Below, piece after piece: positions 43,457-53,760 of a DNA stretch of 64,000 nt (positions are counted from its first letter, which is position 1; each line of letters begins with the position of its first letter). Under the pieces are notes generated by a model. It ran no database searches, was not told the DNA's origin, and saw only the letters and a program-made list of their open reading frames with translations. The stretch covers positions 5,588 to 69,587 of the forward strand of contig JAMCQZ010000008.1 of assembly GCA_023380305.1 (NCBI GenBank), read 5' to 3'. The stretch is from Patescibacteria group bacterium (GTDB taxonomy: Bacteria > Patescibacteriota > Minisyncoccia > UBA6257 > Colwellbacteraceae). The position numbers and the translations under genes were made by a program.

Positions 43457-44350
43457 CTACGGTCGCCTAACGCTCGCCATTATGGCGGCGATCACCGAAT
43501 CCAGATCAAAGCTTGAACGCTCTTTAAGACATAAGGTCTTCTCGGGTTCGATATAGTTGTTGCATTGAGGATACCGCAAAGTAAAAGTCAAACTAATAGT
43601 CTGATCCCCTATCGCGGTCGAATAGACGTAAGTCGTGTATACCGAGCCGGCAGCACCTTCGCTCGTTGATTTGACGCAATAAAATTTAGAATTAATGATC
43701 TTCTCGATGACGCGCTCCGGCAGGCTGAAAATGCCGGGTGTTACGGCGCAAAAAAACGGTTGGTCGACGATAGTCAACTCCGGCGGCCACGACCGCAAAT
43801 CAATAAACTCGGCGCCTAAAGACACGGGATAATCGAAGACAAGTCCGGTGGTCCCGGCGACCGAAAGACTCTGCGGAATCGTCGTTTCATAAACTCCAAG
43901 ATCGCATCGGCTGATAAGCCAACGGTTATTTATTTTTTCGACGATCATTGTTACCGGGCGCTTGGTGGCGAATCCAATATTGACCGCGTCGCCGCTCGTC
44001 ACCTCGATAATCTTGCCCGCGACCTTATATGAATTGGCCGCGACCGGCTCCAGTGAAATTATTTCTATGTGGTCCGGCCAGGGGCTGGAGACGAGCCGAC
44101 CGGGAGCTTTCGCGGGATCGGTCAGCCACGCGTCAATCAATTGTTGCGTTACCAAGCCTTTATAGTTCTCCTTTATGCCCTCCGCCAAAACTTCCCGAGG
44201 AGCCAGCAAGGAGACATTTTTTAACCGATCGCCGAAAGTTTGCACGACCTCCAGAACTTTACGGGGGTCTTGTCTGGCCTCGGTTGTTAATTCCCAAACG
44301 CAAAATACGGTAATTATCAGAAAAATGATAAAAAGTATTTGCTTTCTCAT
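43457..44350 (-). CDS. Exported hypothetical protein
   Basis: N-terminal TM; APGRLVSSPWPD; SEGAAGSVY...YPQCNNY. Confidence 0.8.
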   Translation of the reverse strand: MRKQILFIIFLIITVFCVWELTTEARQDPRKVLEVVQTFGDRLKNVSLLAPREVLAEGIKENYKGLVTQQLIDAWLTDPAKAPGRLVSSPWPDHIEIISLEPVAANSYKVAGKIIEVTSGDAVNIGFATKRPVTMIVEKINNRWLISRCDLGVYETTIPQSLSVAGTTGLVFDYPVSLGAEFIDLRSWPPELTIVDQPFFCAVTPGIFSLPERVIEKIINSKFYCVKSTSEGAAGSVYTTYVYSTAIGDQTISLTFTLRYPQCNNYIEPEKTLCLKERSSFDLDSVIAAIMASVRRP

Positions 44351-44435
44351 AAGATTACATTACCACAAAATCCTGTAGCTTGCTTCATTTGACGCATAAA
44401 AGAAAACCAGGCATAGCCTGGTTAATCCATAAACA

Positions 44436-44765
44436 CTACCGAAGAATCACGTCGTATCCGAGGCGGCACGCTTCTCCGACTATCTTCTGCAGAAAGTCGT
44501 GGCGGTCGACCTCTTCGGCGGGATAAAGCCATAGTTCCTGGACATATCTTTTTCCGCGGATACGGCATTGGAGCCCGGAGAGTTTTGGAGAAAGCATCAG
44601 CTTGCGCTGACTATTGGCTGAAGGTGCCGAGGCGATATACGACGGCACAATTGCTTTGACTGATGGTTCGGTTCTTGCAAAGTCCACCAAACGGCACGCG
44701 GCGTCGATCAAGGTCGTGTGGCTTCCGCCGCACTTGCCACCCGACCGGTGCTGTTTTCTCGACAA
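44436..44765 (-). CDS. DUF2103-like protein
   Basis: GKCGGSHTTLID...VQEL; AAAGGAGGTGA SD implies TTG start at 44765. Confidence 0.65.
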   Translation of the reverse strand: MSRKQHRSGGKCGGSHTTLIDAACRLVDFARTEPSVKAIVPSYIASAPSANSQRKLMLSPKLSGLQCRIRGKRYVQELWLYPAEEVDRHDFLQKIVGEACRLGYDVILR

Positions 44766-44831
44766 ACCGGTCACCTCCTTTATGGGGTTATCTACAATAT
44801 ACTCCCATCTCGGCCGTATGCCAAATGCCGT

Positions 44832-45560
44832 TTACGGTTCCAAAAAATCCGGACAAATCACCGTACATTCGCCCTCGAGACAAAGAGAAACAAACGGGCA
44901 AGGCGATTGGATCAGATATTCCGCGGGAGTTTTACAATCGATGTTTCTAACGCAAGATTGATCAAGCACTTTTTCTATGCTGTAAGCTTTGATCGAATAA
45001 TGGGGTGGCAGAATAATGCTCGTATCGCAATCGCCGGCCACGCAAACCTGGTTGGTTTCCAATCCATATCCGCCGACTGCGGGATCCTTAAATAAAAAAC
45101 TTTTCGGCGGATAAACCGTAAAATACATAAAAATGAAGATCGCGAATAAAATCATTATTTTTGACGCTGTCTCGCAGCTCTTCGGAAATGGCCGCATTTT
45201 TTGAACGACCGAAGCCATGATTTCGGCCGCAACGACGCTTACAATGAAAATCGCGATATCAAGGAATAGATAGTTTTTCCCCAAGACGGCCGTGTATCCA
45301 TAAAATAGAACAACTATAGCGAATGCGGCGAAATAAACCGCTTTGGCGCGGGACAACCAAAAATTGTTTGGCTTTTGCTTGCGCCGCCACCCCTGCCAGA
45401 AACTGATAAAAGCCATCGGCATCACTGCGAGTTTCAAATGTTCCCAAACGCTTTCGTCCACCGCGGAAAACAAGCCGACGATTAACGATTGGTGAAAAAA
45501 ATCGAATGTAAAATGAAGCAATGATCCGACAACGATGGTAAAAACGATATTAAATAACAT
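44832..45560 (-). CDS. DUF6512-type membrane protein with Cys-rich C-terminal extension
   Basis: GSLLHF, FSAVDESVWEHLKL, FYGYT; likely start ATG 45560. Confidence 0.78.
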   Translation of the reverse strand: MLFNIVFTIVVGSLLHFTFDFFHQSLIVGLFSAVDESVWEHLKLAVMPMAFISFWQGWRRKQKPNNFWLSRAKAVYFAAFAIVVLFYGYTAVLGKNYLFLDIAIFIVSVVAAEIMASVVQKMRPFPKSCETASKIMILFAIFIFMYFTVYPPKSFLFKDPAVGGYGLETNQVCVAGDCDTSIILPPHYSIKAYSIEKVLDQSCVRNIDCKTPAEYLIQSPCPFVSLCLEGECTVICPDFLEP

Positions 45561-45570
45561 CGCGAATCTT

Positions 45571-46809
45571 TTAAGATTTGCGCGTGCGCTTCGCCGAAGT
45601 TTTTCTTTCCTTAGTAGTTTTGGATTTTGGGGTCTCGTCGGCTTTCGGTTGGGATTTAACAGATGATTTGCCCGGTTCGCCGCCCTCTCTAACAACCACT
45701 CCTATTTTTCCTTCTGGGAAAGCGTAAAGCCCGGGGACGGCGTCATCTCCGCTCAAAACAATGAGATTTAGTTTGGCTTGGTCCAATTTCGGGAGACACT
45801 CCGATAAAGTCGATCCTTTAACGATCGGGCCCCGGAAATTGTCGACCGTTACTGGCACGACGCCGTCCGAACCGAAGATGTCGGCGTAACACTTAAGCAC
45901 CCCGACGCAAGCGTCGTTCAATGCGCAGCCCGCGCACTGCTCAGGCTTTACTTTGGGGATAATCTCATCTTCGTCCTTTAAAGTATTCAATCGGCCGCTG
46001 GTAGCCGTCCCGATATAGCGCCTTTGCCACTCGATCAACGGCCTTACCGATACGTCTTCTATCCCCGAAAGAACGCAAAGAGGCACCGGCGCTCCGGCGG
46101 CGGTTACCGCCCTGATGCCAGCGGCCAGAAGGATCTTCAAGGCTTCCTGCAGATAAGGAGCGATATCGCTGAATTTGACGTAGATAGAGTCCTTGTTGAT
46201 CTCGGCGTTGCCGAAAAGAAGCGGGTAACCGAAAGATACGCCGTCTATCCCCGGGAATTCATGAATAATAAATTTTGCGTATTCCGGCAGATAACGATAA
46301 TTTTGTTCGATTATAATGATCGCTACATCGACATTCCGGTCGCTTTGAATGGCATATTTCATGGCTGCGCAGGTTTTTTCAAAGTCCCCTTTCTGACCGC
46401 GGGTGATACTCTCCGCTAACTCTGCGTTAGGGCCGTGAAGAGAAAAAGAAAAAGAAATCTTTTTTTTCGGATCAACCGCGATAACGGCGTCAAAAAAATC
46501 TTTATCTCCCAATCGAACGCCATTCGTCATTATGTTTAAAGAGCTCACCCTAGGGTCTTCAAGCGTCTTTCCGATGATTTCCACGAAGTCCGGATGGATG
46601 GTAGACTCCCCTCCCGTGAGAAGTAAAAATTTTCCTCCTTGGTCAAGATAACCGTTGATAATCTCCCGGGCCTCTTTGGCGTTCAACCTTGGGTAAGCTT
46701 CTTTGCCGTCGGCGGCCAGGCAGAAAACACAATTTTGGTTGCAAAAAGCTCCCAAATTGATGCTTACCATCGAACCCTCGTCGCCCTTCTTCTCTTCGGA
46801 AATTTTCAT
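45571..46809 (-). CDS. Radical SAM protein with C-terminal auxiliary Cys cluster (HxsC-like)
   Basis: CNQNCVFC, TGGES, TNG, SLHG, PLC, CAGCALNDACVG...Y..IFG. Confidence 0.85.
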   Translation of the reverse strand: MKISEEKKGDEGSMVSINLGAFCNQNCVFCLAADGKEAYPRLNAKEAREIINGYLDQGGKFLLLTGGESTIHPDFVEIIGKTLEDPRVSSLNIMTNGVRLGDKDFFDAVIAVDPKKKISFSFSLHGPNAELAESITRGQKGDFEKTCAAMKYAIQSDRNVDVAIIIIEQNYRYLPEYAKFIIHEFPGIDGVSFGYPLLFGNAEINKDSIYVKFSDIAPYLQEALKILLAAGIRAVTAAGAPVPLCVLSGIEDVSVRPLIEWQRRYIGTATSGRLNTLKDEDEIIPKVKPEQCAGCALNDACVGVLKCYADIFGSDGVVPVTVDNFRGPIVKGSTLSECLPKLDQAKLNLIVLSGDDAVPGLYAFPEGKIGVVVREGGEPGKSSVKSQPKADETPKSKTTKERKTSAKRTRKS

Positions 46810-46852
46810 AAGTCTTTCTAATTATAACTCCGGCGGCAAAACTGCCAAATTT

Positions 46853-48345
46853 TCATGCCACCAGAAGCCCGATCACGGCCACAATCAGCAGATAAATCAG
46901 GCACGGGACAATCACCCCTCTCAATACCCCTCTTTCCTGATTTTTTAGCCCAACCACGGCTTCAGCGGCCAAAATGTCGGCGAGAGCGGTCATATTCCCG
47001 GCGGCGGCGCCGACAAGCGCCAAAGCCAAGATTTTAAACGCGCCCAATCCGATCGCCAGGCTCGCGATATTCAAAAAATTTCCGAACATCAGATTGGAGA
47101 TCGTGGCGCTTCCGGTGAGAAAACATCCGAAAGCGCCGATAAAGGGAGCCAAAAAGGCAAGGCCCTTGTTTCGAAACTTCCGGCGATGAGGTTGGTCGCC
47201 GAAGGCAACCCGCTCGAGTTCAAACCGGAGTTAATCATCAGCTGAACAACCACCGAAATGGAAGCGATGACCAGAAACGGGCCGAGAGCGTCCTTGAGGG
47301 ATTTTTTGATTGCCTCGCCGGCGATCCGGTGCCTGCGGGAACCCCAAACAATGGCGATCGGCAGGCCGGCGGCGAGAAAAGCGAATCCGGGGTTGAATAA
47401 AGAGAATTTGTGGCCCAGGGCGAAAGGAATACTGAAGCTCGCCGGACCGATCAAAAGCTTTCCCAGAATCAGTAAGACGATAAGCAGTCCGTAGGGAAAG
47501 ACCAATTTGAAATAAGACTGTTTTTCCGCCGGCAGTCCGACCGCGGCTCCTCGGCGGATGTTTTTCGGAACCAACAAACCCAGTTTGGTCGTCAAAAGCA
47601 CGAGTGCAAGGCCGATGAGAGAACCGATGATCGAAGGAAATTCCTGGCCGAGCGGCACGACCAAGGCCGAAGGAATGACAAAAGCGAGGCCCGACCAGAC
47701 AGCGAAGGGCAAGGCTTCTTTTATTTGTTTCGCTCTATCCGCTTTTCCGGCGGTGATGGCCAAAAGCATAAAAACGGGGACGATAATACCGACGCAGTTT
47801 ATCCAGGACGCGAACTGGGGAACGGCGGCGTAATCAAGGCCGGCAAAACCCACCCGGATCGGCGCTCCGGCGGCGCCGAAAACCACCGAAGTGCTGTTCC
47901 CCAAAAGCGAAACAATGACCGCTTGAAGCGGAGCAAAACCCAGTCCCACAAGCAGGGGCGCGACAATAGCCGAAGCCGTCCCGAATCCGGCCGTGCCTTC
48001 GAGAAAGTTTTCGAAAAACCAAGCAAGGATAATCACCTGGATCCGGTAATCTTTGGAAAATGATTCGAGGTACCGGGAAATGTTTTCAATCACCTTGAGG
48101 TCTTTCAGTACTTCCAGGAAGAAGATGGCGCCGAGGATGATAAAAAAGATATCAAGAGCCACAAAAAATCCTTTGGCGAAAGACGCAAAGAAGAGACCGG
48201 GTAATATCCGCCAATAAAGAACGGAGAGCCCGGCCATCAAAACCAAGGTCCAGGAAGAAACCTTGAGAAGAGGCAGTTTCCTCCAAAGGAGCAGAACGAG
48301 AAAAAGAACGAACGGGCTGATCGATAAAGCGAAGGCGAGATTCAT
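46853..48345 (-). pseudogene. lctP: L-lactate permease, frameshifted (or sequencing error)
   Basis: FLEGTAGFGT, SVVFGAAGAPI in one frame; APFIGAFG.FLTGSATISNLMF in the next; T5 run at 47151-47155 needs T6 to restore the frame. Confidence 0.8.
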
Positions 48346-48400
48346 TGATTTTATTATACCAAGAAAAAAACAGGCTCCTCGAAAAAAGAGCCCGTAAAAC

Positions 48401-48724
48401 TTAGCCGGCGGTCGCGCCAAGAGGCTTGGGAGCAAGTTCGCCCGCTCCCAAAAGGCCGGCGACATAGATTACGATGCCGCAGGCGAAAACCCGGTTTCCG
48501 GCGTCAGTCTTCAGCTTGAAAGAATTGTCTTTGGGATTCAGGCTGATTTCCACCGAAAACTTGGCCTTCTCCGGGACGGGGCGACGATCTTCACCCCTTC
48601 CCGTCTGGTCGCTGACAAAATCGGCCAGCATCTTTTGCAGGACTTCCGGCGTTGCGTTCGTAAAGACCTCGACCTTGTCCGGATGACCGCAATCGAAAAC
48701 GATCTTCGCGACGAGGATAGCCAT
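48401..48724 (-). CDS. Orphan paralog family member 1 (107 aa)
   Basis: AAAAAGGAGGG SD, conserved upstream block, terminator ~48368-48395. Confidence 0.8.
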   Translation of the reverse strand: MAILVAKIVFDCGHPDKVEVFTNATPEVLQKMLADFVSDQTGRGEDRRPVPEKAKFSVEISLNPKDNSFKLKTDAGNRVFACGIVIYVAGLLGAGELAPKPLGATAG

Positions 48725-48787
48725 TGCGAGCCCTCCTTTTTGGACTTGGATCAGCCATAAACTGACATATTTGGCTGGAAAAGTCAA
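48725..48787 (-). repeat. Conserved promoter+SD block, copy 1 of 3
   Basis: TTGACTTTTCCAGCCAAATATGTCAGTTTATGGCTGATCCAAGTCCAAAAAGGAGGG. Confidence 0.92.
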
Positions 48788-48913
48788 AGGGATTAAATAA
48801 AATACGAAGCTATGATGATTGCAATTAGGCAGCCGCCGAAATCAAAACGATGGCTAAAACCGGTCGACCGATAGAATAAAAACAGGCTCCTTAGGGAAGA
48901 GCCTGTAAAACAA

Positions 48914-49249
48914 TTAGCCGGCGGTTGCGCCAAGAGGCTGGGGAGCGAGCTCGCCTGATGTCAAAAAGCAGAAAGCATCGCCCAAGATGATACAGTCCAC
49001 GGTCCTATTTCCGGTATTGCTCTTCATCTCGGAAGAATTGTCTTTAAGACTCCTCCTGAGATTCACCGTGAACATAACATCTGTGTCGACGGGACTGTGA
49101 TCTGATCCTTCCTCTTCCTGCTTCTTCACCAGGGGCCGCAAAGCATCAGCCACGAGTTCCTTCAAGGCCTCCAACGTTCCATTGGTAAAGACAGCGATCC
49201 CGTCCGGCCTGGCAGCAAAGAACACTATCGTCGCAACGGAACCATCCAT
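48914..49249 (-). CDS. Orphan paralog family member 2 (111 aa)
   Basis: Shares VFTN, KDNS, GNR, GELAP.PLGATAG with member 1. Confidence 0.8.
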   Translation of the reverse strand: MDGSVATIVFFAARPDGIAVFTNGTLEALKELVADALRPLVKKQEEEGSDHSPVDTDVMFTVNLRRSLKDNSSEMKSNTGNRTVDCIILGDAFCFLTSGELAPQPLGATAG

Positions 49250-49313
49250 TGCAAGCCCTCCCTTTTTGGACTTGGATCAGCCATAAACTGACATATTTGG
49301 CCGGAAAAGTCAA
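49250..49313 (-). repeat. Conserved promoter+SD block, copy 2 of 3
   Basis: Three differences from copy 1 over 64 nt. Confidence 0.92.
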
Positions 49314-49334
49314 GAAGACTGACCGGACGCGAAG

Positions 49335-49973
49335 CTAACGGCAAGCGCAGATCTTGTAGGGGCCTCCGGCCGTGATATTATCCATCTGCACGAAAACCGT
49401 GTCGCTCGGGCAGTCGCATTTGGCAGGAACGGGCAAAGCGCTGACTGTCGGGCCTTCCGGCTGGCGGGAATGGCAAGGCAGACCCCACTCCGCCGAGGTC
49501 TGGCGGCAAACAGCCGATCCCCCACCGAAATTGAAGTTTCCCCAACTCATCTTCGGAAACTTGATATAGCCGCTCTGGACCAGAAAAAGAAACGCGATGA
49601 TGGCAAAAAGAAAAATCATGGGTAAAAGCGGATCCGGCCGGTAGGATTTTTTTCTTCCGCCCGACGCTCCGCCGGAAACTATTTCTCCTCCGGTTTTTTC
49701 TTCAAAATCTCTTTTTCCGCCGTCTTCCTCCACCCCGCCGAAAACGACATAAAGTATTCCCCGGGAAAACAAAGCGAGAAAAACATAATAAAGGATGGCC
49801 GCGACGACCATAAAGGCGATGGTCTCCGGCCGGAGATCGGAAGCCGGCTCACAGCTGATCATCTTTTTCTGCAAAAGCATCCAAAGAATGATCGCGAGCG
49901 GCAGCAGGAGAAGAACGACCTTCCCCAGACGGAAATACCACTTCCGCTCCAAAGACGATCTCTTGATAGGCAT
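49335..49973 (-). CDS. 3-TM membrane protein with 6-Cys C-terminal domain
   Basis: SLERKWYFRL..., three TMs, C...C...CDCP...CAC tail. Confidence 0.75.
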   Translation of the reverse strand: MPIKRSSLERKWYFRLGKVVLLLLPLAIILWMLLQKKMISCEPASDLRPETIAFMVVAAILYYVFLALFSRGILYVVFGGVEEDGGKRDFEEKTGGEIVSGGASGGRKKSYRPDPLLPMIFLFAIIAFLFLVQSGYIKFPKMSWGNFNFGGGSAVCRQTSAEWGLPCHSRQPEGPTVSALPVPAKCDCPSDTVFVQMDNITAGGPYKICACR

Positions 49974-50055
49974 GGTTTGATTAATTATAGCAAGAAGGAT
50001 AAAAAAAGCGACGCCGGACGATTCTCTTCATTTCAAAACGCCGGGCAACAACCAT

Positions 50056-52077
50056 TTAAATTTTTTCCCGACGCAGAAGCGCCGCGTTGAAAGCCACGAT
50101 GATGGTGCTCAAAGACATGAACACGGCTGACAAGGCCGGGTCGAGAATCACTCCTCTCGAAACCAACACGCCGGCAGCCAAGGGCAGAGCGACAACATTG
50201 TATCCGGTCGCCCAGAAAAGGTTTTGGATCATCTTGTTATAGGTCAGCCGGGATAAATGGATGATCTTCACGATATCCCTCGGATCGTTCCTGACGAGGA
50301 TTATTCCGGCCGATTCGATGGCCACGTTTGTTCCGGCGCCGATGGCGATACCGAGATCCGCCTGGGTCAGAGCCGGCGCGTCATTGATCCCGTCGCCGAC
50401 CATCGCCACTTTAAGGCCGCGGTTCTGCAATTCTTTGACTTTTTCCGATTTTTGATCGGGTAGGACCCGGGCGAAATATTCATCGATGCCGAGCTCCGCA
50501 GCCACCCATTTTGCCACGTCTTCGGAATCACCGGTGATCATCGCCGACTGAACGCCCATTTCCTTGAGCGCGCCGACGGCCTGCCGCGATTCTTCCCGAA
50601 TAATATCCGCAAGAGCCATCGCGCCCAAAAACGCCCCGTCTTTGATCGCAAAAACAACGGTTTGGCCTTTTTCACCCGCGTCCTTGATTCGTCCGGAAAG
50701 GTTACCGGGAAGATCGACGCCGGCGCTCTCCAAAAGCGCCTGGCCGCCGACCATGACTTCCTTTCTATCGATAAAGGCTTTTACGCCCCGACCCTTCAAA
50801 GTTTCAAGTTTTTCCGGCTCCTGGAGCCGAAGCCTCCGCGACTTCGCTTCAGAGACAATAGCTTTAGAGACAGGATGCCCGGAAAAAGCGTCGAGGGAAG
50901 CGGCAGACTGCAAGACTTCGTCTTCCGTATGATTGTCCGCGGCCCAGACACTAACGACCCCGAATTCGCCCTTGGTCAGCGTCCCTGTTTTATCGAAAAG
51001 CACTATATCAATAGTCCGGCCGGCTTCGAGGGCCAGCCTCTGTTTCACCAAAAATCCGTTCTGCGCCGCCTTGGTCGTCGAAATGGAGGCAACCAAAGGC
51101 ACGGCCAAACCCAGGGCGTGCGGGCAGGCGATAACCAAAACAGCCACCAACCTGGCTACGGCAAATTCAACCTTGGCGCCGGCCGCGATCCAGGCTATAA
51201 GCGTTATAACGCCGCCTGCCACGGCGATGACCGTAAGATAAAAGGCGGCGCGGTCGGAGAGCACCTGCAACCGGGATTTCGAGCTTTGGGCTTCGGCGAC
51301 CAGGCGCATGACCCCGGCCAAAAATGTTTTTTCGCCGATATTGGTAACCCTGATCTTCAAAGCGCCGTCGCCGTTAATCGTTCCGGCGATAACCTGGTCG
51401 CCCGGGTTCTTATAAACCGGATTCGATTCGCCGGTAACCATAGACTCATTGACAGCCGATTCCCCTTCCATGACGGCGCCGTCGGCCGGAATCTTGGCGC
51501 CGGGTCTCACAAGCAAAATGTCGTTTTCCTTGAGTTCGGCAAGCGGAACCGTTTCGATCTTGCCGTTCCGGATCGTCTCCGCGGTATCGGGAAGCAGTTT
51601 TGAAAGCTCTTTGAGCGCGCCCTGGGCGACCGAGACCGCGCGCATCTCGAGCCAATGACCGAGAAGCATGACGGTGATCAAGGTCGTCAATTCCCAAAAC
51701 AGGGCGTCCGCGCCGGCAAAGACCGCATAAAGGCTCCAAAGATACGCCGCCGAGATGGCGATGCCGATAAGCGTCATCATGCCAGGAAGCCTGCTTTTTA
51801 TTTCCCTCCAGGCTCCGACCAGAAAAATCCAGCCGCCGTAGAAAAAGACTATCGAGCCGAGCGCGAGCGGGATATACGCCGACCCGTAGAATCCGGGCGG
51901 AGACCATTTAAAAATCTTTCCGATAATATCCGAATATAAAACGACCGGGACGGTAAGGACGAGGCTGACCCAGAATTTCCGGAAAAGCGTTTCCGCGCTG
52001 TGGTCGGCGTGCTTGTTCTCCGCGGCTTTTGCCGCTTCTCCGTGGCCCTGATGATCATGATGATCGTGCGTTTTCAT
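50056..52077 (-). CDS. copB: Copper-translocating P1B-type ATPase (CopB-like)
   Basis: His-rich N-terminus, TGES, CPH, DKTGTLT, HP, GDGIND, YN, MSLST. Confidence 0.92.
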   Translation of the reverse strand: MKTHDHHDHQGHGEAAKAAENKHADHSAETLFRKFWVSLVLTVPVVLYSDIIGKIFKWSPPGFYGSAYIPLALGSIVFFYGGWIFLVGAWREIKSRLPGMMTLIGIAISAAYLWSLYAVFAGADALFWELTTLITVMLLGHWLEMRAVSVAQGALKELSKLLPDTAETIRNGKIETVPLAELKENDILLVRPGAKIPADGAVMEGESAVNESMVTGESNPVYKNPGDQVIAGTINGDGALKIRVTNIGEKTFLAGVMRLVAEAQSSKSRLQVLSDRAAFYLTVIAVAGGVITLIAWIAAGAKVEFAVARLVAVLVIACPHALGLAVPLVASISTTKAAQNGFLVKQRLALEAGRTIDIVLFDKTGTLTKGEFGVVSVWAADNHTEDEVLQSAASLDAFSGHPVSKAIVSEAKSRRLRLQEPEKLETLKGRGVKAFIDRKEVMVGGQALLESAGVDLPGNLSGRIKDAGEKGQTVVFAIKDGAFLGAMALADIIREESRQAVGALKEMGVQSAMITGDSEDVAKWVAAELGIDEYFARVLPDQKSEKVKELQNRGLKVAMVGDGINDAPALTQADLGIAIGAGTNVAIESAGIILVRNDPRDIVKIIHLSRLTYNKMIQNLFWATGYNVVALPLAAGVLVSRGVILDPALSAVFMSLSTIIVAFNAALLRREKI

Positions 52078-52336
52078 AAATGAACTAATATGCGATGATC
52101 GCGATGTTTTTATATTATCAAAAAATCGCACTGACGGCGATTGAAATAGTTCCTCGCCGCGCCGCCGCCATCTTGATGCGCAAAAAGACGATAAGGAGCC
52201 TCGAAATCAAATCTCTCTGCGGGGAAATCGTCTCCGGACAACAAAAATAGATTGTGGAAATGAAAATGATCTTGAAAGGCTTGAGATAATTTGATTGTTT
52301 GAAAAATAAAAGCTCTCCGAAGAGAGCTTAAGGGGG

Positions 52337-52660
52337 TCAGGCCTTAGCCTTGCCAAGCGGCTGGGGTTTGATCGCGCCGGAATCAATCAGGTCGATCACT
52401 TGGGCGATGATGCCGCAGGTTAGACCCTTGTTGCCGGTGTCGGTTTTGGTCTGGAAAATATCTTCTGAAAGATCCAGACTGACCTCCACCGAAAAATGGT
52501 TCTTTTCCGCGGCCGGGTTCTTGTCCTCGCCGGTCCCCATCTGGCTTCGAAGATACTCGGTTAGCATGTCGGTCAAGGCCTCGTCTTTGGCGTTCGTAAA
52601 GACCTGCGTTTGGTCCTGATGCTCGCAATCAAAAGAGATTCTGGCGATCAGGATAGCCAT
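52337..52660 (-). CDS. Orphan paralog family member 3 (107 aa)
   Basis: 50/107 identical to member 1 in an ungapped manual alignment; terminator ~52310-52329. Confidence 0.82.
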   Translation of the reverse strand: MAILIARISFDCEHQDQTQVFTNAKDEALTDMLTEYLRSQMGTGEDKNPAAEKNHFSVEVSLDLSEDIFQTKTDTGNKGLTCGIIAQVIDLIDSGAIKPQPLGKAKA

Positions 52661-52724
52661 CGCGACCCCTCCCTGATTGGACTTGGATCAGCCCCAAACT
52701 GACATATTTAGCTGGAAAAGTCAA
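52661..52724 (-). repeat. Conserved promoter+SD block, copy 3 of 3
   Basis: About 8 differences from copy 1 over 64 nt. Confidence 0.9.
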
Positions 52725-53002
52725 AACAACCCTAGACTGCTCGCCGGCGCCATTACCATCCTGAAATAACACCCGGAACCTCACATCGTCGCTTTGCTCC
52801 TCTCTCACACCTCTCGGTTTGTCCGACAACTGCCGGATCCGTTGCGGGGAACAATCAAGTTCCCCGACCCCCTCCTATACTCAGCCGGGATTAGAGCTAA
52901 TAAAAATACCCGTTACAAGAGTATTTTTAGGTAATTATCCCTCGATTTCAAGTAGTGTATTTGTTATCATACAGATGCCACTAGTTTAATAGAAAAAACG
53001 CC

Positions 53003-53706
53003 ATGAAGTACACAATCGACGATTTCAAAAAGGAGTTTACTACGGATCAGGATTGCATGAACTACATCATTCGTACTCGATACATGGAAAAGAAGCTATA
53101 CCCGATCAAGGGGCGTCCTTCTGTTTATGCTCAAGCTGGCAGGAATGCCAAGCAGGTGTCGCCTTTGGCAGGTACAATTTTTAATAAGAGCGATACTCCG
53201 CTTCACCTATGGTTCTATGCGATCTTCCTCTTGACTACTTCTAAGAATGGCGTGTCCGCGAAGGAGCTTCAAAGACATCTTGGCGTTACCTACAAGTGTG
53301 CGTGGAGGATTACTCACCGGATAAGGAGAGGTCTCATAGATAAAGGTATCTCACTCTTTGGTACAGTCAAGGTCGATGAAACGTACATTGGAGGCGAATA
53401 AGAAAGCTATAAAAAAGGTCAAAAATAATAACCAACGAATTTCCCGCATACAATAAGGTGTTAAAAAGCGGCTATAGCCACAAGAAAATCAGGCACGCTA
53501 TCAAAGAGTACGTTCGTTAAAAGGTGCACAGGAATACAATTGAGGGATTTCGGAGTCAGTTGAAGCGTTCAATCAACGGGACTTACCATGCAGTTTCTCT
53601 AAAGCATTTATAGGCTTACGTTGATGAGTTTTCTTGGAGGTATAACCGCCGTCACTCGGAGAAACCTTTGTTTGCTTTGGCTCTCGCAAGGGTTGCACGA
53701 GCTTAG
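53003..53706 (+). pseudogene. IS1595-family DDE transposase, decayed
   Basis: GTIF...WF.AI...GVSAKELQRHLGVTYKCAWR...DETYIGG then stop; downstream HRNTIEGFRSQLKRSINGTYHAVS.KHL*AYVDEFSWRYNRR; middle apparently deleted. Confidence 0.9.
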
Positions 53707-53760
53707 ATAGAATTTTATGAAATTGTTTTCGTGTAGTCATGTTATACTGTTTTTTCCAAA

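Noticed and set aside
52078-52310. His-containing open frame upstream of copB (QDHFHFHN...)
   Set aside because: No credible start codon or recognisable family; it may be a remnant but cannot be supported.
48725-52724. The three 64-nt repeats as a CRISPR array or attC sites
   Set aside because: Spacing is 0.5-3.4 kb, the repeats are promoter+SD blocks, they lack attC-type palindromes, and no cas or integrase gene is present.
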